A DNA stretch of 60,172 nucleotides, counting the filler. It is 3 parts of 3 records of this genome, joined end to end, with 100 filler letters (N's around TTAATTAATTAA, not from the genome) between each part and the next. Parts side by side here need not be neighbours in the genome. Positions count along the whole stretch, not along the records: positions 1 to 24,768 come from DRR723986_18144; positions 24,869 to 54,422 come from DRR723986_18151; 1 more part is not named here. One strand, written 5' to 3'. Shown in pieces: positions 22,281 through 30,967 of the stretch. Under the pieces are notes generated by a model that saw nothing but the letters and a program-made list of their open reading frames with translations, was not told where the DNA came from and made no database searches. Made by a program: the position numbers and the translations under genes. Position 1 is the first letter of the stretch. Each line of letters starts with the position of its first letter.

Positions 22281-23388
22281 CTGTAAAGTTCTCTAGGACC
22301 ATTTCATCATCAAGTAGGAGTTCCGTTTCTTCTTTGGTTGTTCGCTCGAAAATTTCAGTGTTTAGTTGAATGGTTAAAAGCCCTTCATCATCAAAGTCTT
22401 CAGATACTAACCTCCATTTTATTTTGACTTCTTGGCTGTGTTCAACCGTCGGTCGAATGCAAATATCATCTGTTCGTATGCTATCTTTTTGTACAAGAAT
22501 TTGATCTTTTGGTTCAAATAAACCGTCTGTCGTTCCTTCATATATCCAAGTATCATAGGAGTAATTTGTCATATCAAGGAATTTATTCTGTTTGTTCACC
22601 GTATCCGCACTTATCCCATCACATTCAAATGAAAAATAGAGTTTATAATTCTTGATTGTTGTATTTCCGCAATTTGTTATTCGAATTGAGAAGACAGATG
22701 AACTTTTATTGAAACTTGTTCCATTAATATAGAAGCGAACTGGCTGAGGTTCTGTATCTATCTTTCTTCTAGTCTCTCTATTTTCTTCTGGAGAATAACT
22801 ATAAAGTCCAAAAGATGAGTGATCGAATGGTTTGAATTTATATGTTTTGAGATTTTTAATAAGCTTAGGGTTGAATTCAAGATCTTTTTTACCGTTTTGA
22901 AAAGTTACCAAAACATCAAAGGCTATTTTGTGATTAATATTTTTTACGTACCAATCAAAAGTTCGCTTGTTTTCTTCTATCAGATCAGCAATATCCTCCC
23001 AACTGAATAAGTGAATTTCAAATAGTCCAGCGTCTCGATTCTCTATATCTTTTATTCTAATGAATTCTTCAATTCTGGAATCTTTGTTAGCGGAGGTTGC
23101 AAAATAGAATTTCTTTAGCTGCGGGCTAAAGTGTTGTGCTTTCTTGATCTCTGAGTCTATTTCCGATTTAGTTAATTGACTTTTTGTGTAATCATCTTTT
23201 CCCTTACACTGTATTCCATAATATTCGTTCTCATTCTTCGGAATTCCATAGATGTCAACACCGTGTTGATTTCGACCAGATCGTCCGTTTTTCTTTATCT
23301 CGTGGCATTCCCAGATTTCTCCCCACAGTTTTTTGCAGAGAGATTCAAAGTCTTGCCAGTTTTCAGGTTTTTGAATACTTTTTTTCAT
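22270..23388 (-). CDS. Mrr-like PD-(D/E)XK endonuclease N-terminal domain fused to an uncharacterised beta-rich C-terminal domain
   Basis: WQDFESLC..GRSGRNQHGVDIYG..GIQCKGK motif. Very AT-rich. ATG at 23388 lies just after the cassette start site. Confidence 0.75.
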   Translation of the reverse strand: MKKSIQKPENWQDFESLCKKLWGEIWECHEIKKNGRSGRNQHGVDIYGIPKNENEYYGIQCKGKDDYTKSQLTKSEIDSEIKKAQHFSPQLKKFYFATSANKDSRIEEFIRIKDIENRDAGLFEIHLFSWEDIADLIEENKRTFDWYVKNINHKIAFDVLVTFQNGKKDLEFNPKLIKNLKTYKFKPFDHSSFGLYSYSPEENRETRRKIDTEPQPVRFYINGTSFNKSSSVFSIRITNCGNTTIKNYKLYFSFECDGISADTVNKQNKFLDMTNYSYDTWIYEGTTDGLFEPKDQILVQKDSIRTDDICIRPTVEHSQEVKIKWRLVSEDFDDEGLLTIQLNTEIFERTTKEETELLLDDEMVLENFTEFH

Positions 23389-23395
23389 TTGAGGG

Positions 23396-23533
23396 ATTGC
23401 CACTAACGTTCCAGCATATGGCTTATGGCGGCTTCAAAAGACATATTTTTCATCCCAAGGCAATGTTGATTCGAAGATCAGTTTTCGAATTAAAGGAAAT
23501 CCCACCATAAGCTATTTGCAATGTTTAGATAAG
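23396..23533 (-). mobile_element. attC-like recombination site between the two nuclease genes
   Basis: Minus strand reads ..TCTAAAC-ATT-GCAAATAGCTTATGGTGG..(spacer)..CCGCCATAAGCCATATGC-TGGAAC-GTTAGTGGCAAT: 18-bp imperfect IR arms (15/18) bounded by AAC and GTT. Confidence 0.65.
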
Positions 23534-23538
23534 TTGTT

Positions 23539-24429
23539 CTATTTAATAATTTGTCCATTGTATGCAAACATTTTACCAAAGTATTTCATAAGGTCAGGTC
23601 TCATAAGAAGACAATTTTTTAAATGGAGATTTAAGCTAAAATTTAAGAATGAAAAGTTTATTGCTTGTCTATATTTTTCATCTTTGAATTCTACGAATAA
23701 CCATTCATATTCATTTTTCTTTGACTCTTCTATGAATTCAGGGAATAGTTCGATCCGACTTGAATTTGTTGATTTTTCAATAACCGCTTTTGCTAAAATG
23801 CCTTTGTCGAGGAGAACAATTAAATTTGGTAAATATTTATCTTCTGTTGTTCTAAGCAATTCCTTAATATCACCAATTGAAAAGTCATTAGAGTCAACGA
23901 AAAACATAAATTTAAAGAGTGGGTTTTTAAATGGTCTAGAGTCCCGAACATGAAATGAAATTCCGGGTCCAAAATCTAAGCCTGCTTCTTGCGTAAGTTG
24001 AGTGTGAGGGGTATTGTTTCGCTTTAGAAAATTATAAATGTTTTTAGTAGATTTTATGAAATCCTTCAGGTAGTTTTTGTTGGCATAGTATGTAGACTTT
24101 ATCTCAGCAAAGGCATAGATTGATTCATACGGAAAATATTCAGTTCCATTTTCAGCCTTGAATAAAACGGGCGAACCAATATTGTCCGCTATTACTAGAT
24201 CTAATTGACTGCTAGTATGCAGTAATTCATCTACAATATGACCTTGACTTACATAATATTTAAGAGGTAATTTTCTTCTTATTACTCTTCTCACAGAGTT
24301 TTCAACTTCATCACCCGAAGCGTCTATGTCCTTTGTTTTATGTAAAACTTTACTTTTTTGTCGAGATGAGAATATCTCTTCAACGTCTTGTTGTAGAATG
24401 TCTAAAATTTCAAGTTTTGGTAATTCCAT
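23539..24429 (-). CDS. DUF6602-like PD-(D/E)XK nuclease-domain protein
   Basis: GDEVE..LP..Y.VSQGHIVD..SSQLDLVIAD..P..FPYESIYAFAEIKS pattern. Very AT-rich. Confidence 0.7.
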   Translation of the reverse strand: MELPKLEILDILQQDVEEIFSSRQKSKVLHKTKDIDASGDEVENSVRRVIRRKLPLKYYVSQGHIVDELLHTSSQLDLVIADNIGSPVLFKAENGTEYFPYESIYAFAEIKSTYYANKNYLKDFIKSTKNIYNFLKRNNTPHTQLTQEAGLDFGPGISFHVRDSRPFKNPLFKFMFFVDSNDFSIGDIKELLRTTEDKYLPNLIVLLDKGILAKAVIEKSTNSSRIELFPEFIEESKKNEYEWLFVEFKDEKYRQAINFSFLNFSLNLHLKNCLLMRPDLMKYFGKMFAYNGQIIK

Positions 24430-24452
24430 TCGTCTTGTGATATCTTCTTACA

Positions 24453-24478
24453 ATTACTGGTAACACTTGTATATACTT
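24453..24478 (-). mobile_element. attI-like half site at the head of the cassette array
   Basis: Minus strand GTATATACAAGT-GTTACCAGTAAT has the same GTTA-N5-AAT end as the attC-like site but no partner arm. Confidence 0.4.
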
Positions 24479-24576
24479 AATCCATTATCCTATAGCTTAA
24501 ATTACTATTATCTACAGGTTCTCCTGCCTCCAAATTAAGGATTTCGTCAGAGGGTTTTGATCAGGAGCTGATTTTT

Positions 24577-24765
24577 TTTTATGGGTAATGCATTTAAAAG
24601 GATTGGAAGAGAATTCAGGATAGTATCATGTCCTTTCAGCCTTTTATGCTGAAGCTTCAAGCTCTGAGTATAAATTTTCAACCTATTATCCTCAATATTC
24701 AGGTTCTGAGTATGAATTTTCAACCTATTATCCTGAAATTTTAAGCTATTATCCTGAATGTTCAC
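24577..24765 (-). repeat. Degenerate 21-bp tandem repeat (8-9 units, with 42-bp super-period), open as a heptad-repeat ORF to 24547
   Basis: Units such as TTAAAATTTCAGGATAATAGG, CTGAATATTGAGGATAATAGG and TTGAAAATTCATACTCAGAAC; truncated by the contig end. Confidence 0.8.
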
Positions 24766-24768
24766 ACT

Positions 24769-24868
24769 NNNNNNNNNNNNNNNNNNNNNNNNNNNNNNNN
24801 NNNNNNNNNNNNTTAATTAATTAANNNNNNNNNNNNNNNNNNNNNNNNNNNNNNNNNNNNNNNNNNNN
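24769..24868. other. Artificial contig linker
   Basis: N44-TTAATTAATTAA-N44, with stops in all six frames. Confidence 0.98.
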
Positions 24869-25646
24869 CTATGACAAGCCGATGATTTATTATCCGCTTT
24901 CGGTGCTCATGATGGCAGGAATTACTGAGGTACTAATCATTACTACACCGGAAGATACTGATGCATTTCAGCGATTATTAGGTGATGGATCACAAGTTGG
25001 TTGCAGGTTTGAATATGCTGTTCAGCCTAGCCCTGATGGCTTGGCTCAGGCTTTTATTATTGGAGAGAAGTTTATTGGGGACGATGATGTTGCTTTGATA
25101 TTGGGCGATAATATATTCTACGGATCTGGTCTTCACAATACGCTGAAGGAACACACCAATCCAAAGGGTGGAGTAGTATTTGCCTATCATGTCAATGATC
25201 CTGAGCGATACGGAGTTGTGGAATTTGATGATGATCAGAAAGCAATTTCTATCGAAGAGAAGCCAGAAAATCCAAAATCAAATTTCGCTGTACCTGGGCT
25301 TTACTTTTACGATAATAGAGTGGTGGAAATTGCCAAGAAAATCAAACCAAGCCCCCGTGGTGAACTCGAAATCACGGATATCAATACGGAGTATTTGAAA
25401 ATGGGTGAGCTGCAAGTTGCTATCCTAAATAGAGGAACCGCTTGGCTAGATACCGGAACTCATCAGTCACTTTTGCAAGCAGCTCAATTCGTAGAAGTAA
25501 TAGAAGAGCGACAAGGATTGAAGATTGGCTGCATCGAAGAAATCGCCTATAGAGCTGGGTTTATCGGGGAAGAAAAGCTACTGCAAGCTGCAGATAAATT
25601 AGGGAAAAGTGGCTACGGAGGTTACTTACGAAAATTGATAAAATAA
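24869..25646 (+). CDS. rfbA: Glucose-1-phosphate thymidylyltransferase (5' truncated)
   Basis: [11 protein letters not shown] at the contig start, [38 protein letters not shown]. Confidence 0.97.
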
Positions 25647-25652
25647 GAACAA

Positions 25653-26675
25653 TTATTTCTTAATAAGTTCCTCAAGGCTAGTTTTCATGATTTGCCCCAT
25701 GTTCTTGCATTCCAGGAACTTATCATTTCCATAATGCTTTGCCAAATCCACTTTCAATGAAGCTATATTTTCGGGAAGTGAGATCGTATCGTGCTCCATA
25801 GAGCGCAAAATATCAAGAATACCTTGCCGGGAAGATTTGAGCCGTGTGGCGATCAATGCACGCTCTTCTTTCTGGTATTGAACCATTGATTCGGGGGTGA
25901 TATACTTCATCCCCAACTGAATCAACACATTGTTTTCCTTAAAATATTGGGGTAGGTAAATCGATTTTTTGCCCTCATAGGATTGCTGATCAAAGTCAAT
26001 CGCTCGGATTCTATAATGCGTCTCCTCGAAATCGGGCGTAACGTCAATCACGAAATTGGAGGAATGCATATCTCCCAGAAGTCTTACGAAGCAGCGCTCG
26101 TTGAATTTGACAAATTCCTTGGCTAATCGAATGGGATTCAAATGCGGATCCGTCATGTGAGCACGCATGAATAAATCGCCAGGAATACCAGCAATATGCT
26201 CCTCGATCAGCGTGTTTTGATGAACTAGGTAGGAAATCCTATTTGGTGAAAGTAAATGCTCAAATTCCAGCCCATACACACGTGACGCATCTGCATTTTT
26301 GACATAGAAGTAATCAAAGTTATCGTTGATTCTGTTTACAATTCTCACACGGAAAGGCTGAGTATTCCCATAAACACACAGATCAATTCTGTCCACATAT
26401 AGATGCTCCATGACAGACATATCTCCACCTGCTTTCAGGAGGGCATAGATCTTTTTGACGTTCAGGTGAATTTCCTCACGATCGGATTGATCGTAGAAAA
26501 CCGTTTCCCAAAGAGTGTCTTGTTCCTTTGAATCGTAAAGTGCAATAGAACTGGAATAACGTAGCAATTCATAATAGTGGATTGGAATATCCACTTCACG
26601 GGAATACTTAATCAGGTAGCGTCGTAGTCCAGGGCTGATAGGGTATATGCGCTTCTTTTTGCTGATTAATGCCAT
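25653..26675 (-). CDS. Hypothetical protein with PI3K/HipA-like atypical kinase motifs
   Basis: 340-aa ORF with YFYVK, LIEEHI, LGDMHSSNF and AIDFD in kinase order. Confidence 0.7.
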   Translation of the reverse strand: MALISKKKRIYPISPGLRRYLIKYSREVDIPIHYYELLRYSSSIALYDSKEQDTLWETVFYDQSDREEIHLNVKKIYALLKAGGDMSVMEHLYVDRIDLCVYGNTQPFRVRIVNRINDNFDYFYVKNADASRVYGLEFEHLLSPNRISYLVHQNTLIEEHIAGIPGDLFMRAHMTDPHLNPIRLAKEFVKFNERCFVRLLGDMHSSNFVIDVTPDFEETHYRIRAIDFDQQSYEGKKSIYLPQYFKENNVLIQLGMKYITPESMVQYQKEERALIATRLKSSRQGILDILRSMEHDTISLPENIASLKVDLAKHYGNDKFLECKNMGQIMKTSLEELIKK

Positions 26676-26678
26676 TGT

Positions 26679-26996
26679 TTACAATTCCACGTGTTGACTG
26701 CTTTTTAGGTTCCTATCAAAAATAAATGGTCCAAATGGCAAAATTGAAGCGATAATAGCAAAGAATGTTCTACTGAAATTCCATTTTAACTTATGAGCCG
26801 TCGGAAAAACCGTGCAGATGTAAATAATGAAAAGAGCTCCATGAATAGATCCTACATAAGTGACAGCTAGCGGATAGTCCCACATGTATTTGAGAGGCAT
26901 AGCAATGAAAAATAAAACTAGCGTTGATGTACCTTCAATAAGTGAAATCCAACGAAAGCGCTTTGCCCAGGTATGTTGTTGCGGTGTGAGGCTCAT
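26679..26996 (-). CDS. DUF3817 small membrane protein
   Basis: EGTS..LFFIAMPLKY, HGALFIIY, LPFGPF motifs. Confidence 0.85.
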   Translation of the reverse strand: MSLTPQQHTWAKRFRWISLIEGTSTLVLFFIAMPLKYMWDYPLAVTYVGSIHGALFIIYICTVFPTAHKLKWNFSRTFFAIIASILPFGPFIFDRNLKSSQHVEL

Positions 26997-27571
26997 TATT
27001 TTTTAGAAATGTTAAATAGTACTTTAAGAGTGTTCCAAAGCTTTCCTTTGAGTGCTTTGTCTTCGGAAATTGTTGTGAGCGCATCAGCGAAAAGGTATTC
27101 CGTTTCCTTTTCTGTATGAACTTGATAATCCGAAGCGGGTAAGGCATTGATGGGGTGTTTTAAACGCCCGAACTTAAGAACGATGTGTGCATTTAGGTCA
27201 TAAAGCTCCGCTAGGGTTCTACCTTCTAGTTCTGCGGAAGAAAGCATCCCAACTTCATTCATGGAATGTCCCACAGCGTTGATCATGTTTACCAACATTT
27301 CCATCACTTCCGGTTTTAACCGCGCCTCTTCATGCAGGACAAGAATACCTTTTTCGAATTTGCCACGAACCAGCAAGGGTTCAGGTTTAAGTTCTTCTTT
27401 GGGTGGTGTTGCACCCGGTAGATGTACTGTTTTCGGAAGAGTCTTTGGTTTTTCTACTTCTGCAGAGTGAATTGAATCCTGTTTTGCTAAATCGGCTTTA
27501 GGATCTTTTTCGAAGAAAAAAAGATCTTCGGTAATGATATGCTGGAGCTCCTGAATACTCATATTTTCCAT
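26996..27571 (-). CDS. Hypothetical protein (possible DNA polymerase III psi-like)
   Basis: 191-aa ORF coupled to the next gene; C-terminal K..LW..LK. The function guess is weak. Confidence 0.55.
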   Translation of the reverse strand: MENMSIQELQHIITEDLFFFEKDPKADLAKQDSIHSAEVEKPKTLPKTVHLPGATPPKEELKPEPLLVRGKFEKGILVLHEEARLKPEVMEMLVNMINAVGHSMNEVGMLSSAELEGRTLAELYDLNAHIVLKFGRLKHPINALPASDYQVHTEKETEYLFADALTTISEDKALKGKLWNTLKVLFNISKK

Positions 27572-27601
27572 GTCGGAAATTGCTCAAAATTCGCCTTAAC
27601 A

Positions 27602-27634
27602 CAAAAAAAGAGGGGTAATATCTCTATCACCCCT
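27602..27634 (-). terminator. Intrinsic terminator after the thioesterase gene
   Basis: Minus strand AGGGGTGATA-GAGA-TATTACCCCT-CTTTTTTT. Confidence 0.7.
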
Positions 27635-27661
27635 AGTTATTTTTATCCCGTTGAATTCTAA

Positions 27662-28180
27662 TCAATCCAAATTGAAAATAGATTTCAATTCCACGGCATC
27701 TTCTGGCTTCATTCTTTTTGCCAATACTAGTCTCAATTGTCTTCTTCTCAAAGCACCTTCAAAGTTTTCGATTTCTTCAGGAGTTTCTGGAACTAACTCA
27801 GGAATTCTTGAAGGCTTATTATTCTCATTTACAGCGACAAATGTGAAAAATGCGCGGTGTGTCATCACCTTTTTATTGGCAGGAATATCTTCTGCGGTCA
27901 CTTCTATGAAAACTTCCATGGAAGAGTTGAAGGCACGTGTTACCTGAGCTTTTAGCGTCACTACATTACCCAGAGCTATTGGTTGCTGGAATGAAATATT
28001 ATCTGCTGAGGCAGTCACTACGATGCTATTCGAATGCTTTTGGGCAGCAATGGCAGCTACCACATCCATCCAATGCATTAGTTTACCTCCCATGAGGTTG
28101 TTTAGTGTATTAGTATCATTGGGAAGGACCATTTCGGTCATAATAACTGCAGACTCTCTTGCAAATTTCTTGGTGCTCAT
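27662..28180 (-). CDS. Acyl-CoA thioesterase (hotdog fold, YciA-like)
   Basis: MVLPNDTN..NLMGGKLMHWMD, VVTAS, FTFVAV. ATG at 28180. Confidence 0.92.
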   Translation of the reverse strand: MSTKKFARESAVIMTEMVLPNDTNTLNNLMGGKLMHWMDVVAAIAAQKHSNSIVVTASADNISFQQPIALGNVVTLKAQVTRAFNSSMEVFIEVTAEDIPANKKVMTHRAFFTFVAVNENNKPSRIPELVPETPEEIENFEGALRRRQLRLVLAKRMKPEDAVELKSIFNLD

Positions 28181-28309
28181 AAATTTAAATTTTAACAAAA
28201 ATAGAAATAAAATTTGGCTAGAAAATCATAGGGTTGATTTTATCGGAATATTATTTCGAAACCGAATTTTGGTGAATCGTTCCCATAATATATTCCTAGC
28301 ATGAAAAAG

Positions 28310-29413
28310 CTACTTCAGTTCCACTATTCCAATCATGGGATTTAACTCTTCAGTGTCTCCATTTACAAATTCTGATGACTTGGTATAGTAGAAAATGTTG
28401 TGTTCTAAATCTAAAGGATGAAGTAACACAGGGTTTCCATCCTGATCTAGAATTCCATCCTTTAAATTGAATCCTTTTTTACTCTTCTTATCATAGATGA
28501 AAAGCATTTTATTTTTCCCTCTATCGTATAGGCATAGCATATAAGAAGAAGAGTTAATGATATATTTTATATTCACAATTTTCTCACCCTTCTCACCAAA
28601 GTGAGGTTTTCCGAATTCAAACTTGACAGCAGGTGTTAATTTGGTCTCAATAAGCTGGTAAAGTGTATCTCGGAGAAAGTTTTCAGGAGTAAAAACTGGC
28701 TTATATAAATATGTTCCTTCACTAGTAATTGAAATGAAGTGCTTGGCAGTAAAACCCATTAAAAGTTGCTTTTTTACAAAGGCATTTCTTAAAAGTAAAC
28801 TGTCCTTATTACTTAGTGATTGATCCAGTTGAAATAATAAGGATTGAGTCAAATAACCATTTTCCACGGGAATTAGACTTCTATCGGTTATGATTACAGG
28901 TTCTTCATTTACAATATTTAAATAATCGACAAAAAAGGAAAACTTCTTTTCACTCAAGAATTCGTGTTCCCTCGAAAAGACTAAAAGTTTGTAATCCGAT
29001 CCTAAATAGATTTTGCCTGATTTTTCATCAATAGCTAGAGAATAAGCATTGCTGTATTCACCTGGACCTTCACCTAAACTTCCTAATTTTCCTAGAAAAT
29101 CACCTTTTCTATCAAAGATTAACACTTTACCTCCTTTATCTCTCACATATAGTTTTCCATTATTTTGTTTGAGCTCCATAATGGCTCCTATGAATGAGCC
29201 CTCTTTAGTCTCAAGTTGAATTTGTTCAACGGATTTTGCCAAATCAGACAAATGCAATTCTGAATCACTGCTCTTTGGGATTTCTATTGTTTGTAAGCCT
29301 GAATCAGAAGATTGAGAGCAACTTATTACCGTGAAAGCAATAATTAAAAATGCTAAGAGATGCCGAATTAGGCTTAACTCATAAATGGATTTACTCTTTA
29401 AAAATAAGTTCAT
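28310..29413 (-). CDS. 6-bladed beta-propeller lipoprotein (BF3164/DUF5128-like)
   Basis: Lipobox VISC, IQLET, G..GEGPGEY, C-terminal NPMI. Confidence 0.75.
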   Translation of the reverse strand: MNLFLKSKSIYELSLIRHLLAFLIIAFTVISCSQSSDSGLQTIEIPKSSDSELHLSDLAKSVEQIQLETKEGSFIGAIMELKQNNGKLYVRDKGGKVLIFDRKGDFLGKLGSLGEGPGEYSNAYSLAIDEKSGKIYLGSDYKLLVFSREHEFLSEKKFSFFVDYLNIVNEEPVIITDRSLIPVENGYLTQSLLFQLDQSLSNKDSLLLRNAFVKKQLLMGFTAKHFISITSEGTYLYKPVFTPENFLRDTLYQLIETKLTPAVKFEFGKPHFGEKGEKIVNIKYIINSSSYMLCLYDRGKNKMLFIYDKKSKKGFNLKDGILDQDGNPVLLHPLDLEHNIFYYTKSSEFVNGDTEELNPMIGIVELK

Positions 29414-29531
29414 CCTTAAAAGTATTTGAGTTTTACAAGAAAACTAAACCTTTTTGTTTAGGGATTTAAAGATTAACATTATTTAGCAGTTTGATATAAA
29501 GGTATTAAGTGCTACGAAATCCGAAATCGGA

Positions 29532-30194
29532 TTATCCCCAACCATCTTTTCCCAAAAGCGGCACAAATGCAAATCCTTCGAATTCTTCCCGATCTACCTT
29601 AGTAGTTGATTTCTTGGTGATTTTAAGCATGGTTTGCCTGCGCTTATCGCCCACTGGGATAACTAAGATTCCACCGATTTTCAATTGTTGAATCAAAGCT
29701 TCTGGTACCACTGGAGCTCCGGCGGTTACAATTATTTTGTCATAAGGAGCATAGGCAGGCAATCCGCCAGTTCCATCTCCATAGAAAAGATGTATTTCTA
29801 TTCCCAATCTCGTCAGGAATCGTTTGGTGCCTTCAAATAATTTCTTTTGATATTCTATCGTAAATACTTCTGCGCCAAGAAGATGTAAGATGCTTCCTTG
29901 GTACCCAGACCCGGTTCCGATTTCTAAAATTCGATCTCCTTCTTTGATCTCAAGCAGTTCGGTCTGGAAGGCTACAGTATAGGGCTGTGAAATAGTTTGT
30001 CCTTCTCCTATTGGAAAGGCTTTGTCTTCGTAAGCATGTGAAATCAGCGCAGAATCAAAGAAAAAATGTCTGGGTAATGTGTTGATAGCCTGGAGGACAC
30101 GCTCGTTTTTGATTCCTTTTTCCCGTAGCAAAGTCACTAGAGCTCTACGTTTTCCTTTATGTAAATACGTGTCTTCGAGTTTGAGTAGGGGCAT
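29532..30194 (-). CDS. pcm: Protein-L-isoaspartate O-methyltransferase
   Basis: GQTISQPYTVA, LEIGTGSGYQ, PYDKIIVTAG, FVPLLG. Confidence 0.96.
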   Translation of the reverse strand: MPLLKLEDTYLHKGKRRALVTLLREKGIKNERVLQAINTLPRHFFFDSALISHAYEDKAFPIGEGQTISQPYTVAFQTELLEIKEGDRILEIGTGSGYQGSILHLLGAEVFTIEYQKKLFEGTKRFLTRLGIEIHLFYGDGTGGLPAYAPYDKIIVTAGAPVVPEALIQQLKIGGILVIPVGDKRRQTMLKITKKSTTKVDREEFEGFAFVPLLGKDGWG

Positions 30195-30305
30195 GGTTGT
30201 TTTATGGTTCTGCGGTCGAAGATAAAAGAATATTTGGCTTAATTTGAACTTGAATAGGGCATTTGTTGCTTAGTCATTGAAACTTTGAAAGTTAAATTTA
30301 CCGCT

Positions 30306-30896
30306 ATGTTTACAGGAATTATTGAAGCTTTTGGCACAATACATAATATAACTCAGGATGGCACCAATGTTCACTTTGATTTGGAATCCTCTCTGGCTTC
30401 TGAATTGAAAATAGATCAGTCATTGGCCCATGATGGTGTTTGCCTAACTGTAGTGCAAACTACTCCGGAATCCTATCGCGTAACAGCGATCGATGAGACA
30501 ATTCAGAAGACAAATCTATCGCAATGGAAAGTTGGGAAGAAGGTTAATTTGGAGCGGTGCATGCCTGCAAATGGTCGTTTTGATGGACATATTGTGCAAG
30601 GTCATGTGGATCAAGTGGGAACTGTTAAAAATATTACTGATCAGAATGGCTCGTGGGTATTTGATCTGGAGTTTGACCATAGCCTGGGAAATGTCACTGT
30701 GGAAAAAGGATCAATCACAATTAATGGTACAAGTTTGACCTGCTTCAATTCGGGGCCTGGTAGTTTTTCTGTAGCTATTATTCCTTACACTTTTGACCAC
30801 ACCAATTTTCATCAGTTACAACCTGGTGATCTAGTCAATCTGGAATTTGATATCTTAGGAAAGTACATTCAAAGAATTACAAAAGGGTATCTTTGA
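30306..30896 (+). CDS. ribE: Riboflavin synthase (alpha chain)
   Basis: Diagnostic MFTGII N-terminus, GVCLTV, GHIVQGHVD, VNLEFDILGKY. Confidence 0.96.
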   Translation: MFTGIIEAFGTIHNITQDGTNVHFDLESSLASELKIDQSLAHDGVCLTVVQTTPESYRVTAIDETIQKTNLSQWKVGKKVNLERCMPANGRFDGHIVQGHVDQVGTVKNITDQNGSWVFDLEFDHSLGNVTVEKGSITINGTSLTCFNSGPGSFSVAIIPYTFDHTNFHQLQPGDLVNLEFDILGKYIQRITKGYL

Positions 30897-30912
30897 GTTA
30901 TCCCGCTATAAA

Positions 30913-30955
30913 ATCAAAAAAGGAGGTTTCTGATTCAGAAACCTCCTTTTTTGAT
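30913..30955. terminator. Bidirectional terminator
   Basis: 21-bp perfect IR ATCAAAAAAGGAGGTTTCTGA-T-TCAGAAACCTCCTTTTTTGAT between convergent genes. Confidence 0.9.
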
Positions 30956-30967
30956 GTCTATTTTATA

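Noticed and set aside
23516-23953. 145-aa + strand ORF antisense to the DUF6602-like gene, as a possible antitoxin
   Set aside because: TTG start, no motifs and almost complete antisense overlap; no support from sequence alone.
24577-24765. Possible CRISPR array (also considered for 18754-18865 and 53776-54028)
   Set aside because: Repeats are contiguous or inverted with no unique spacers, and there are no cas genes in the window.
24769-24868. TTAATTAATTAA palindrome within N runs (also at 54467-54478)
   Set aside because: Identical synthetic six-frame-stop linker at both gaps. It is not biological, and adjacency across it is meaningless.
30195-30305. FMN riboswitch upstream of riboflavin synthase
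   Set aside because: The intergenic region is only about 110 bp, AT-rich and shared with divergent pcm; no RFN consensus was seen.
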